From Veleropilina oligotropha (Eukaryota), in NCBI GenBank assembly GCA_048128005.1, contig JBEUKZ010000112.1:620001-684000 (forward strand): DNA of 64,000 nt, read 5' to 3'. The translations under genes were made by a program, and so were the position numbers. Positions 1 to 11,722 of the stretch are shown piece after piece (the first letter of the stretch is position 1; every line of letters begins with the position of its first letter). The notes under the pieces are model-generated. The model was not told the DNA's origin. It searched no databases and saw only the letters and a list, made by a program, of their open reading frames with translations.

Positions 1-1705
1 TCGCAACGTTCGTTCGATGCCTTCTGTAGTACGAGTGTCAGGATGCACGACGGGGGGACGGCATACGCGGACAGATTCTCCCATGTCATTGACAGCGCGC
101 CGACCGCTAGGGCGGCCGGGTCCGGGTACGGGGAGACATACAGAGGTAGTCGGTGATTGAATTCTGTTGCAAACAGATCGACTTGGGGTTGTGACCACCA
201 GCGACAAACGTCCCGAGCTACTCGGCTGTGTAGCGTCCACTCTGTGTGTATAATCTGTGATTTCCGAGAGAGCGAGTCCGCTCTGACATTCAGCTTTCCC
301 AGGATGTGTCGTGCTCGTATCGTCGAGTTGAGGGACATCACTAGGCGGTGTAGGTCGATTGCTCGGTCGCAAAGGGGACGCGAGCGAGTGCCGCCCTGGT
401 GCTGAATGTAAGCGACGACAGTCGTGTTGTCCGTGGCGAGCATTATGTGCTTGTTGCGGAGATGTGACGAGAGGGACCGTACTGTCAGGTAGACCGCTTC
501 TAACTCTAGGAAGTTGATGTGTCGTCCCTGAAGGTCGGTCGGCCATAGGCCCGATGTCTCGTAACTGTCGAGGTGACCACCCCAGCCGCCGTTCGAAGCG
601 TCTGTGAACAGGTAAGCGTTCGGCTCTGGCGGGGATATAGTAACCGACTGGCTCGGCAAAGCAGGGTTCAACCACACTGCTGTCGTGCGGGTAAACCAAT
701 GCCGAAGATCGATACGATCCGTCCACTGCCCCGTCCGTTGTATCCATCGATCTCTGAACGCCTGTTGTAACGGTCATTTGTCCATTCGACCCGTCGGTAG
801 CAGGGTCGCTACCGACTCGATGTGCCCCAGGACAGTGGCCAGTTGTCGCGCCGTAGTTATCTCCGATGACAGGGTGTCTTGAATAACCGCGCGTAGGTTC
901 CGTATACGTTTCTGGGTCGGTTTCGCGATGTACCGGACCGGACCGTATCGAAGTCGACTCCGAGAAACGTAAACGTCTTGGAGGGTACGAAGCAGGATTT
1001 TGTCTCGTTGATCTGAAATCCTAGTCGCTTCGCCGATGACAGGGTAAAGCTCGTAGACCGGTGGCACAGATCCTGGGACGCCCCGAGGATCAGCCAGTCG
1101 TCGAGGTACATATGTACCCGGTGCCCTAGGGAGTGTAGGAAGGCTCCGAGGGCCTGTACTGTTCTCGTGAAGAAGTACGGGGCTGACGATAGACCGAACG
1201 GTAGGCACCTGAATTGGTAGATCGTCTCCCCGTGTATAAACCGAAGGTACTGATGAGCCATGATATGCATCGGGACATGCAGATACGCGTCGATCAGATC
1301 GATAGACGCTGCCCAGTCTCCCGGACGGATGGCCGCTCGTATCTTCGAGAGGGTTTCTTGCTGGAATTTCTCGGTGCGAAGATATCGGTTGAGATACGAG
1401 AGATCGAGGATCGGTCGCCAGCGGCCATCGGGTTTCGGGACCAGGAAGAAATGGCTGTAAAATCCTTGTGTGCTGGGCGGCGCAGGATATATCGCTCCTT
1501 TGAGGAGTAAGTCCCGCACTGCCTGGTCTAAGACCGCTTGTTTCTCGCCTTGCAGAGGGCGAGCGCGGCTTGGTGGTGGTGCCTCGGTTAGGGTCGGATG
1601 CCGGTTGAATGCCAACTTGTATCCGGCACTCACGACTGAGTGGACCCAGCTGCTGTCTGTTAGTTCTAGCCACGGCTGGCTGTACGCTAACAGACACGCT
1701 CCCAC
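1..1705 (-). pseudogene. DIRS A reverse transcriptase / RNase H / methylase-like ORF, frameshifted
   Basis: Motifs FLVPKPDGRWRPILDL, IDLIDAY, LPFGLSSAP and YLDD. The frame is broken near 935 by a short ccgga duplication. Downstream DNA matches the RNaseH and DLFA/YAxPP regions of copy C. Confidence 0.9.
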
Positions 1706-1804
1706 CGGCGGAAGCGGGCAGCTGGGACCGTCTTCCCTCTCCCGCTCTGACGGGATTTCGTTGGAGGTGCTTGCCTCTTCTGAGTGGGTTTATTGGCCGG
1801 GGGC

Positions 1805-3921
1805 CTACCACCAGAAGAGGGCCTTGCACGCTTGGAAGGCTTCGGGGTCCGGGTGGGCCACTGAGCGCTTCCTCGAGTCGGCGGGTGGACCCCAGGGGGG
1901 GTGCAGCACCGCCTTCTCGATGGCACGGTCCTTCAGGTCCGCCGCTCTCTTGTCGACGAATTCCGAAAAATTGTCGCCAAACAGAGTGGTGGCCGAGCAA
2001 GGCACGCATCGCAATGAACGCCGGGTGGCTTCATCTAGCGAGGTGCCTTCCAGGCAAGCGTCCCTACGAAGTAGGAGAGCGTTACCCAGGACACGTCCCG
2101 TCTCCAACGCGCTGGTCTCCATAATGGCGGCAACCTCCTGAAGGAAGGACAGGGCTGCCTCACGGGCGCCGGGTCCTTCCTCCTGTAGTACGGCTATCGC
2201 CCCGTCTAGGAAAAAATCCTGAACGGACGACAGCTGCAGAGCCCGTCGGGCGGAGCTCTCGAAAGCTTCCAAGGCGGACCAAGGAACTTTCGCCACAGAG
2301 GGAGTGTGACTGGCGGTCAGTCGACGCTGCGTCTACACGAGCCGGCTCCGTCGCCAGGCACGGACCAGTACACGCGAACGGGATCGAACGTGAACTGGCC
2401 CGGAGGTACCTCCCACTACGGAACCCCGAAGGGAACTCAGTCAATGGGGAGGACTCCACCGGATTGCGCCCCTGAATGAGCTTGGTTGTCGAGTCGATCA
2501 CCAGATCAACCAGCCCAGACTGAGGTAAGGAAGGAAGCAAGGGGGCTTCCTTCTCAACAAACCGATGTGCCGCCGTCCTGTGCTTGACCGGGCCTACATC
2601 CGACCGAGTCGGTTCCGGCAGGTCAAGCACCCCGCGAAGTGACGCAACGGCGTCTAGTCTTCGGCGGGTGGTGGAGGTCGGCTCCTGCATGCCTGAAAGA
2701 CTACCAGCGTCTTCGGGCCCGACTGATTCAGGGAGGTCGGAGCGAGTAGAGTCGAGGTCCTCGTCGGAACGAGGGTCGATCTCCATCACGGAGGCAGGAG
2801 CCGTGCTCTGCACCATGGGCAGAGGTGTAGGGAACTGGAGCGGCTGGGAAGCCGGTTGCCAGGCCTTACATCGGGACTCGAACTCCGCCGCGAACATAGC
2901 CTGGAAGTTCTCGTACGAGAAACCCGGAGGCATGACGGGCGTCGAACTAACAGCCGGTAGTTCTGTCGAGGTCACCGTGGCGCAAGGTAGACGGGCTGCA
3001 CGGACAGGTGGAGCCGAGAACCACGGTCTCGGGTCACCCGTCGAGCGGTCGTACCCGAAAGAATGGCCCGAAGGCGCATTCAGTGGGACGGGCGACCTGT
3101 AGGACTGCGGCCACAGTCGGGTCACCGTAAAACCTCTGCCCGAACGCAGCCGGTCTGTCCACGTTATCTAGCGTGACCACTGGGGGTGCACGGGAGAGAA
3201 CGGGCCCTCTGAAACAGTCGTGAGCTCCGAGGTTGAGCGGAAAAACCCAAGGGTTAGTCGCGTCAGTCTCGGACGAGGTTTCAGGCGTCACCAATTGTCC
3301 GGATCTTAGACCATCGTAATGGTGTCCGGCCTCTTTATTGGCTTTCTCATTGGGTTGATCTCCGTCATTAAACGGAGAGTTTCCGGCAGAAGGACTAATG
3401 TTCCCCGTATTCTTCGAGGCCGAAGAATAGGAAGGGGATTGTCTGCCCTGTTCAGCGGTTCGCCGCGCTGCCAGATATACCTTGCTAGCCGGCAAGGTAT
3501 GGTTGGCTGCAGTTACTAGGCCCGTTTGAGGAGGATCGAACAGCTCTCGGGCTCCTACCTGAATCTGGGGTCCCGGCAAGGTTTCGGCGACTCCCCCATG
3601 AGTCGCGGAGGTTTCGCCGGTAGATCCGGCGACAGACGGTACCTTAGGTCGACTGTCGTCCAGCGTCCCTGAAGCAGACAAAGAAGAAACGTTATCCCTT
3701 AACTTACCAATCTCTTGTCCCTTCTCCGGGGGAGGACCCACCGTGGCAGCCGCCCTGGTCGGCTTCACCGGTGGGAAAATGATCGCCCACTGCCTCTCTG
3801 TTAAAACTAGGCACAGTTCACATTGATACAACTTACTGCAATTACGGTGAACACGGCATTCCGTGTGCCTATCAAATCCGTGAATCTTCTGGTTACACCC
3901 GGAGTTGCTGCACCGGACCAT
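1805..3921 (-). pseudogene. DIRS A gag-like ORF1, broken into three frames
   Basis: ORFs 3034-3933, 2160-3125 and 1805-2296 are consecutive pieces of the 782-aa ORF1 of copy C. There is an N-terminal Cys/His cluster (MVRCSNSGC...HTECRVHRNC...CELC). Confidence 0.85.
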
Positions 3922-4360
3922 AGCTGAATACACGGGAGGGTGGTAGTGGGTGGACGGGGTAGTTAAAAAAGTATATGTTTGGTAGTTGTGAATTTTACTA
4001 CTACAACTCTTTAGATTGCCCTAATCTGAAGATCAAAGATCAGGCGATATACCGCAAAATAACCCCGAACTGGGAACACCGAGGCCGGTTAATAAAACCC
4101 GGCAAATAGACTAAACAAACGGGGGTTCTTTCTTAGAAAAAAACGCCCAAGAAAACACCTGAAAACCTCGTGGATGTTTTTAAGTTAGTACGGTGGCGTA
4201 TTATCCCAGTAACGGCAGGATATCAGAATAACTAAAGTTGATATCTAAACAATCCTGCCTTTTAACGACGCTAAATATTTAAACAATAGTTACCAGCAAT
4301 AAGCGTCGTTAAGGAATTATCTAATAGGAGGATTAAGAGTAATCCCCTTGTATCTATAAT

Positions 4361-4569
4361 AATATACTTACGTCCTTACTAATGCCATAATAAGCCTATT
4401 ATCGCTAAATCCGGACAAGGTGGAAATGGTAATTTTCGCACTTTTTAGTAAATTTAACCCAGTTGACCCACTGACCTGCTCGACCTCCTCAAGTTCATGC
4501 CTAATAAAGAGCTTGCCAACTCCCGCGAGATCCTCGTGACCAAAAGGTCATGACCTCATCTGAAGTTTT
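4361..4569. repeat. DIRS B 3' inverted terminal repeat (partner 11514-11722)
   Basis: Reverse complement of 11514-11722, with about four substitutions seen by eye. Confidence 0.9.
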
Positions 4570-4632
4570 AGCAAACAACAAGGCAAAGAACTTATATAAG
4601 AGGGGAGGTGCGAAGCAGGGTGGGCCAAGTGG

Positions 4633-4723
4633 GTAAGGACGTAAGTATATTGTTATAGATACAAGGGGATTACTCTTAATCCTCCTATCTATATCAAATA
4701 TACTTACGTCCTTACTAATGCCA
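4633..4723. repeat. DIRS B internal complementary region (ICR)
   Basis: gtaaggacgtaagtatattgttatagatacaaggggattactcttaatcctcctat is complementary to the element end starting at 4324. It is joined to ctatatcaaatatacttacgtccttactaatgcca, complementary to the end at ~11697-11733. Confidence 0.9.
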
Positions 4724-5508
4724 AGAATAACTTTGGTTGGCGGAGTTATAAGTTCCATATACCAAAATTAAAACTTACTTGTTACCAGAAGACGACGCAT
4801 TAGCGTTGAGATCGAGTCCGTTCAGAGAGGATTTTACTGAGCATCAAATCTACTCTTATCCCGGGGTGAGATTTCGACCAAGAAATCTGGGAAAACACGC
4901 CAGGGATGTTAGTCGGACAGGTAACACGAAAGTGCATGTAGCTCCGGACACCGTGCGGAAGGTATACCTTGAGGCACTCGTGTCATGGGCAAAAACAGTG
5001 ATCTGAATATTCCGGACTCAAAGGTCGGCAGACAGAAAACTGCAAGACGTGGTTTTTAGAGGCACCCGAACCTAGGCAGGTTTATTGTGCTATAAAACCG
5101 TGACAATTATTAATAGATTGAAGAATTAACTTCATCTTGAAATAATAAAAATTTTGCATGTCCATCTTGCAAAATGTCAACATGATAACATGTTACTTAA
5201 ATAATTTTAAGTAGAGAATAATATTAAAATTTTCCAATGTAAGAACATTGAAATGTTCTGTGACAGCAAGTAGAACATTTTAAAAATAATATTATTTACA
5301 AAAAACATTTTTAAGATTTCGTAATATAAATGTTTGCATCCAATGTGAGCATTAGTTTCATATTAACTCAGTTTGAATAGATAATTTCAATTTCTTAATA
5401 AGTTTAAGAAAGAAATAACATTGGAGTAGATTCTAAGGGTGTTTACAATGTACACAAATAGAATTACATTACATTACCTCAGTTTCCTGGTACTATTCAT
5501 TATACCAT

Positions 5509-6993
5509 TCACTGCAAGGATGACCTAGATCCTCTAATACATTGCTGATTTGCTGCGACGAAGGAAATTCTATGTTCGCCAGATGCCGTGGTTGCGTAAT
5601 CACGCAGGTAAAAGCGAACAAAGGTATTAGCACTCTTCCAATAACCCGCCTTCAAGATTGCATTGATATTCAAATTATACTTGAAGGCCAAGGACGTCGC
5701 TAAGGCCCGTGTTTCATGCGCGTGAATTGAAACGAGATCTCGGTCTGGCTCGTCGGACCGCTTGTAAATATCCTTTACAACAGAGACTATCCAACGTGAA
5801 ACAGTCGATTTGCGAATGTCGCGGTGGAATTGAGGCATGTGGCTTATGAATAAACGCTTTTTTCCATGCCGTAGGTCACGGGTCCGGTCCAGGTAGAATC
5901 TCAGCGCACGAACGGGGCAGTTCAGCCGGTCGATATCGTCTCTACCCAACATGGAGAGGTTACGGATACAAACCTCGGGACAGATATCTTCAGGTCTTTG
6001 TGTCTTCGCTAGGAAGCCAAGGACTGTATGCAGCGTCAACGACCCATCGGTGTGGAAGTGTATATCTCGCAGCTCTCCGGATAATGCGTGTATCTCCGAT
6101 GCCCGGTTACCGGTGGCGAGAGCGGTAAGTAGTACGGTCTTATAAGTGAGATTTTTGAGGGAACATTCACTCATAGGCTCGAACGGGCATCTAAGTAAAG
6201 CATTGAGAATCAACATAATATTCCACGCAGGCGGCCGCACCTGCTGAATAGGTCGTTCGAGTTGGTAGGAGCGTATAAAGTCCGATATTGTTTTGTCGGT
6301 AGACAAGCGGGTGTGCTCGCGGCATTGTCGTAACGTCGTTGCTACGCATGATCGGTAGCCTTTGACCGCGGAAATAGACATTCCACGTTCAAGCAACGAC
6401 GACAAAAACTCGATAAATTTTGTCACAGGGGGGCGGAAAATATTGACTTGCCGCCCGCGACACCAATCCACAAATTTCTTCCATCGGTAGTCGTATACCT
6501 TTGTTGTAGATTGCCTTCTAGATCGGTAGATGCGCTGGGCTGTCGCTCTAGAAAAGCCTTTCTTAATGAGCGATCTCTCGACAGTCGCCAGGCGTGAAAG
6601 TGAAACTCGTTCGCCGACGGGTGTAGGACCCGACTGCGCGGTTGCGATAACAGGTCTGTCATCTGCGGGAGCGCAAGTGGCTGATCGATGAGTAGATCCA
6701 GAAGTGTCGGAAACCAGGACTGCGTGCGTTGTAGGGGTGCTATTAGCGTCAACTCGCAGTCTTCTCGGGTTGCTTTCCGTAGTACTTGTGGCAGCATGCA
6801 CGACGGCGGAAAGGCGTAGGCGATCAGATTCTCCCATCTCATTGACAGAGCGTCGACCGCTATAGCGGCCGGGTCCGGGTAATGAGACACATAGAGAGGG
6901 AGTCGGTGATTGTATTCGGTTGCGAATAGATCGACTTGAGGCTGCGACCACAGGCGGCAGACATCTCGGGCTACACGGGCATGTAGCATCCAC
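5509..6993 (-). CDS. DIRS B tyrosine recombinase (C-terminal part of ORF3)
   Basis: Catalytic pattern R (GNRASEI), CPVRAL, HxxR (HETR), W (GYW), Y (RFY), preceded by a SAM-like N-domain (STTKVYDYRWKKF). Confidence 0.88.
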   Translation of the reverse strand: MDATCPCSPRCLPPVVAASSRSIRNRIQSPTPSLCVSLPGPGRYSGRRSVNEMGESDRLRLSAVVHAATSTTESNPRRLRVDANSTPTTHAVLVSDTSGSTHRSATCAPADDRPVIATAQSGPTPVGERVSLSRLATVERSLIKKGFSRATAQRIYRSRRQSTTKVYDYRWKKFVDWCRGRQVNIFRPPVTKFIEFLSSLLERGMSISAVKGYRSCVATTLRQCREHTRLSTDKTISDFIRSYQLERPIQQVRPPAWNIMLILNALLRCPFEPMSECSLKNLTYKTVLLTALATGNRASEIHALSGELRDIHFHTDGSLTLHTVLGFLAKTQRPEDICPEVCIRNLSMLGRDDIDRLNCPVRALRFYLDRTRDLRHGKKRLFISHMPQFHRDIRKSTVSRWIVSVVKDIYKRSDEPDRDLVSIHAHETRALATSLAFKYNLNINAILKAGYWKSANTFVRFYLRDYATTASGEHRISFVAANQQCIRGSRSSLQ

Positions 6994-8602
6994 TCTGTGT
7001 GTATTATCTGTGTTTTCCGAGGGAGCGTATCCGCTCTGACATTCAGCTTCCCCGGGATGTGTCGGGCTCGAATTGACGAGTTGAGGGACATCACTAGGCG
7101 GTGAGGTCGATCGCTCGGTCGCAAAGCGGACGGGAGCGAGTGCCGCCCTGGTGCTGAATGTAAGCGACGACAGTCGTGTTGTCCGTGGCGAGCATTATGT
7201 GCTTGTTGCGGAGATGTGACGAGAGTGACCGTACTGACAGGTAGACGGCTTCTAACTCTAGGAAGTTGATGTGTCGTCCCTGAAAGTCCGTAGGCCAAAG
7301 GCCCGATGTCTCGTGACTGTCGAGGTGACCTCCCCAGCCCTCGTTTGACGCGTCCGTGAAGAGGTAGGCGTTCGGTTCTGGGGGGGATATCGGAACCGAC
7401 TGTCTCGGCAGGGTAGTGTTCAGCCACACTGCTGTCGTGCGATTGAACCAATGCCGAAGATCGATGCGATCCGTCCACTGTCCCGTACGTTGTATCCAGC
7501 GGTCCTTGAAGGCCTGCTGCAACGGTCGTTTGTCCATGCGACCCGTCGGTAACAGGGGAGCTACCGACTCGATGTGCCCTAGGACAGTGGCCAGTCGTCG
7601 CGCTGTAGTTATCCGTGAAGACTTCGTTTCCAGTATAACTGCGCGTAGGTTCTCTATACGTTTCTGAGTCGGTTTCGCGGTGTACCGGACCGTGTCGAAT
7701 TCGACCCCTAGAAATGTAAACATCGTCGAGGGCACAAAGCAGGATTTCTCGTTGTTGATCTGTAATCCTAGGCGCTTCGCCGATGACAGGGTAACGCTAA
7801 TCGACTGGAGGCACTGATCCCGGGACGCCCCGAGAATCAACCAGTAGTCGAGGTACATGTGTACTCTGTGCCCTTGCGAGTGTAGGAAGGCCCCGAGAGC
7901 CTGTACTACCGGCGTGAAGACGTACGGGGCTGACGATAGACCGAACGGTAGACACCTGAATTGGTAGACCGTTCCCCCGTGGACAAACCGTAGGTACCGG
8001 TGAGCCGAGACGTGCATCGGAACGTGTAGGTACGCATCGGTCAAGTCGATAGACGCTGCCCAGTCGCCCGGACGGATGGCCGTTCGTATCTTCGAGAGTG
8101 TTTCTTGCTTGAACTTCTCGGTACGAAGATACTGGTTGAGGAATGACAGATCGAGGATCGGTCGCCAACGGCCATCGGGTTTCGGGACCAGGAAAAAGTG
8201 GCTGTAATATCCTGGTGTGCTGGGCGGCGCGGGATAAATCGCTCTCTTTGAGAGTAAGTCCCGCACTGCCTGGTCTAGGACGGCTTGCTTTTCTCTTATC
8301 AGGAGACGAGCGCGTCCTGGTGGTGGTGTCACGTCTAGGGTTGGATGCCGGTCGAATGCCAACTTGTATCCGGCACTCACGACTGAGTGAATCCAGTTGT
8401 CCTCTGTCATTTCCAGCCAGGACAGGCTGTACTCTAACAGACACGCTCCCACCGGCGGAAGCGTGCAACTGGGCTCGTCGCGAGCGCCGGCAACCCTAGG
8501 GCCGCGGCTTCCCTCTCCCGCTCTGACGGGATTTCGTCGGAGGTGCCGTTTTCGTGATAAAATTCTTGGCCTGAGAAGGCCCACTATGCGAAGGTTTAGC
8601 AC
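6423..8602 (-). pseudogene. DIRS B RT/RNaseH/methylase-like ORF, inactivated
   Basis: YLDD is mutated to YLDY. A 1-nt deletion near 7104 splits the frame into 7094-8602 and 6423-7478. RNaseH motifs FTDAS, INFLELEAV and TDNTT; methylase-like motifs VDLFAT and YAFPP. Confidence 0.88.
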
Positions 8603-10718
8603 GCTTGGAAGGCTTATGAGACCGGGACGGTCCCGAGCGCTTCCTTGAGGCAGCAGCCGGCGTACTCCGAGGAGTAGCCAAGACTGCTTTCTCTATCGCG
8701 CGATCCTTTAGGTCAGCCGCTCTCTTCTCGACAAATTCGGCGAATTTGTCCCCGAAGAGAGTAGAGGCCGACAACGGTACACAACGCAGAGACTGCCGGG
8801 TGGCGTCGTCTAACGTGGTGCCGTCTAGGCACGTGTCTCTACGAAGTTGGACAGCGTTGCCTAAGGATCGGGCTGACTCCGACGCGGAGTTCTCCGTGGA
8901 GGCGGCAACCTCTTCGAGGAAGGACAGTGCGATCTCTCGAGCGCGGGGTCCGTCCTCTTGTAGTACGGTGATGGCTCCGTCTAGGAAGAAATCCTGGATA
9001 GAGGCATGCCGTAGAGCTCGACGGGCGGAGCTCTCAAAGCCCTCCATGGCGGCCCATGGAACTTTGACCACTGAGGGAGCTGTGCTGGCCGACAGTCGAC
9101 GCATCGCTGCATCGATCTGAACCGGCTCAGTCTCCAGACACGTCCCAGAGCATCCGATCGGAATCGGACGCCTACTGGGTCGGAGGTACTTTCCCTTACG
9201 CAGACCACTAGGGTACTCCGTTAACGAGGAAGTCTCCACCGATTTGGTCCCCTGAATGGATTTGGTCGTCGAGTCGAGGACGAGCGAGACCAACCCAGAC
9301 TGGGGGAGGGTAGGAAGCAGGGGGGCTTCCGTCCCATCAAACCGACGTGCCGCTGTCCTGTGCCTGACTACGCTTACCGGCAGAGCCGGGTCGAGCAAGT
9401 CTAGCACCCCGCGAAGCGACGCGACAGCGTCGTACCTTCGGCGGGTGGCGGAGACGGCTTCATGCGTGCCAGACCGACTACAAGAGTCGTCTGGTCCGAC
9501 CGATTCAGGGAGGTCAGAGTGAGTAGAAGTGCTATCCTCGTCGGAACGAGGATCTACTTCCATCACCGAAGCATGAGCCGAGCCCGGCGTTACGGTCAGA
9601 GACGCTGGGACCTGGGGCGGCTGCGTAGCCGGTTGCCAGGACCTACAACGAGACTCGAATTCCGCCGCAATCATAGCCTGGACGCTCTCAAAAGAGAAAC
9701 CCGGAGGCATGACGGACGTCGGACCAACAGCCATTGGTCCGCTCGAGGTTACCGTAGCGCTTGGTGGACGGGCTGCACGGACAGGTGGAGCCGAGTACCA
9801 GGGACTCGGGTTACCTGTCGGGAAACCGCTGCCAGGGAAACGGCCCGAAGGCGCGTTAACTGGTGCGAACGGCCCGTAGGACTGCGACCACAGTCCATAC
9901 GGGTCTGTAACCCTGCTCGAGTGAGGTACGTGGGAATACCCGCCGTAGACCTCAGCCCCGAGCGCAGCCGATCCTACCACACCACCTAGGACGTCTTGAA
10001 AAGAACCGTCGGAGGTAATGGGCCTTCCATCATTCTCGTGGGCTCCGACGGTGGCGGGATTAGTCTTTAAACTAGCGCCGTTGTCGGACGAGAGGACGGG
10101 TGTCGTCGAGCGTCTGGAACTTCGACCACTTTCGTGGTGCCCAGCAACTATATCGACTTTCTCTGCCAGTCGTTTCGCTTCTTGTTCAGAAGCTACTAGA
10201 CCAGCAGAAGGACTAACGCTGCCTTGCTCCTCCGAGGCCGGAGGAGAGGAAAGGTTTTGTCTGCCCTGCTCAGCTTTTCACCGCAGCGCTCGACGTATCT
10301 TACTGGCCGGCAAGATACTATGAGCAGCGGTTACTAGGCCCAAAGGAGAGGAGTCGGTCTGCACTCGGGCTCTTACCTGAATCTGGGACCCCGACGAAGA
10401 TTCTGGGACTTTCCCCAAGGTCTCAGAGGTTCCGTCGGCCCCAACACGGCTATCACCGAGAGGATCTGAAAGAGAAATCAAAGGATTAAAGCCTGTCTCT
10501 AATCTCTGGAGCTTCTCGGTGGATGTCCCATCGGGAGAAGATGCCCTGGTCGTCTTCTCCGGTGGGAAAAGAATCTCCCACTGCCGATTCGTCAGTACAG
10601 AACAATGCTCACATGGATGGTTTTTATCGCTAAAACAAACACGGTGAAGAGTGCATTCGGAGTGCCTGTCAAACCCACGGATTTTCTGTCTGCACCCGGA
10701 AACACTGCAATGCAGCAT
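8496..10718 (-). pseudogene. DIRS B gag-like ORF1, interrupted
   Basis: ORFs 10278-10787 (Cys/His N-terminus) and 8496-9980 are homologous to ORF1 of copies A and C but more diverged, suggesting a different subfamily. Confidence 0.8.
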
Positions 10719-11513
10719 AGCTACGTACACGGGTAGGTAGGAGATAGGGTATGAAGTGATAAGGATATTTCCCGGGTAGTTTACCAAATTACTACTACAC
10801 CCTCGATTGTACCTGATCCGAGAGTTGGAAAAGGCTGAAATACGCTTAAAACTTCCGGCGGATTATACGCCCAAAACACCGACTTTGATAAACTTTTTAA
10901 CAAAAGTCGGCCAACGAATTGAGAAACGGGAGGTCTTTCTTTTACAAGAAACCGCCCTTCACACCTAAAAACCTCTTGGATGTATATATATCAATTTGTT
11001 AGAATTCGGCGTGTTATCCCCGACTTAGCAGATTTACCAAAATAACGCTAGTTAAATTCTAAACAATCTGCTTTTCAACGACGATAAATTTGATTACATA
11101 AATTTATAGCAAGAAAAACGTCGTTGAGGAAATTATCGTATATATAAATGAATTGTCAATGCAAATCAAGCAATATCAATAATGCAACTCTCTCCTGACT
11201 CCTTAGTAATTGCTAAGGCGCTTCCTTCTTTAAATATCCCTCTGAGCGTCCTCTTTATTTTATTTTCAGAATTCCAAGATGGCGTCGTCAGTGGAGGGTG
11301 TTGATTTCCAGTTTTTGTCTGTACTCGACAGGAAAACTTTCAAGAAGGGCTATAATTATTCAGGAGGAAAACTCTCAATTTTTCCACTAAACGTGTTTAC
11401 ACACTACGATCGATCTTATGAGCTTATTTGATTAATAAATCTGGCTCTAGAAAGATCGAAATTCACATCTAGATGATGGAGCAAAGTAAAACGCGACTTG
11501 TTCAAGATGGCGG

Positions 11514-11722
11514 AAAACTTCGGATGAGGTCATGACCTTTTGGTCACGAGGATCTCGCGGGAGTTGGCGAGCTCTTTATTAGGCATGAACTTGAGGAGGT
11601 CGAGCAGGTCAGTGGGTCAACTGGGTTAAATTTACTAAAAAGTGCGAAAATTACAATTTCCACCTTGTCTGGATTTAGCGATAATAGGCTTATTATGGCA
11701 TTAGTAAGGACGTAAGTATATT
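11514..11722. repeat. DIRS B 5' inverted terminal repeat
   Basis: Inverted match to 4361-4569. Confidence 0.9.

Noticed and set aside
157..10323. Many plus-strand ORFs over DIRS A and B, and minus-strand ORFs at 46714-49959
   Set aside because: These are antisense shadows of GC-rich coding sequence with no motifs.
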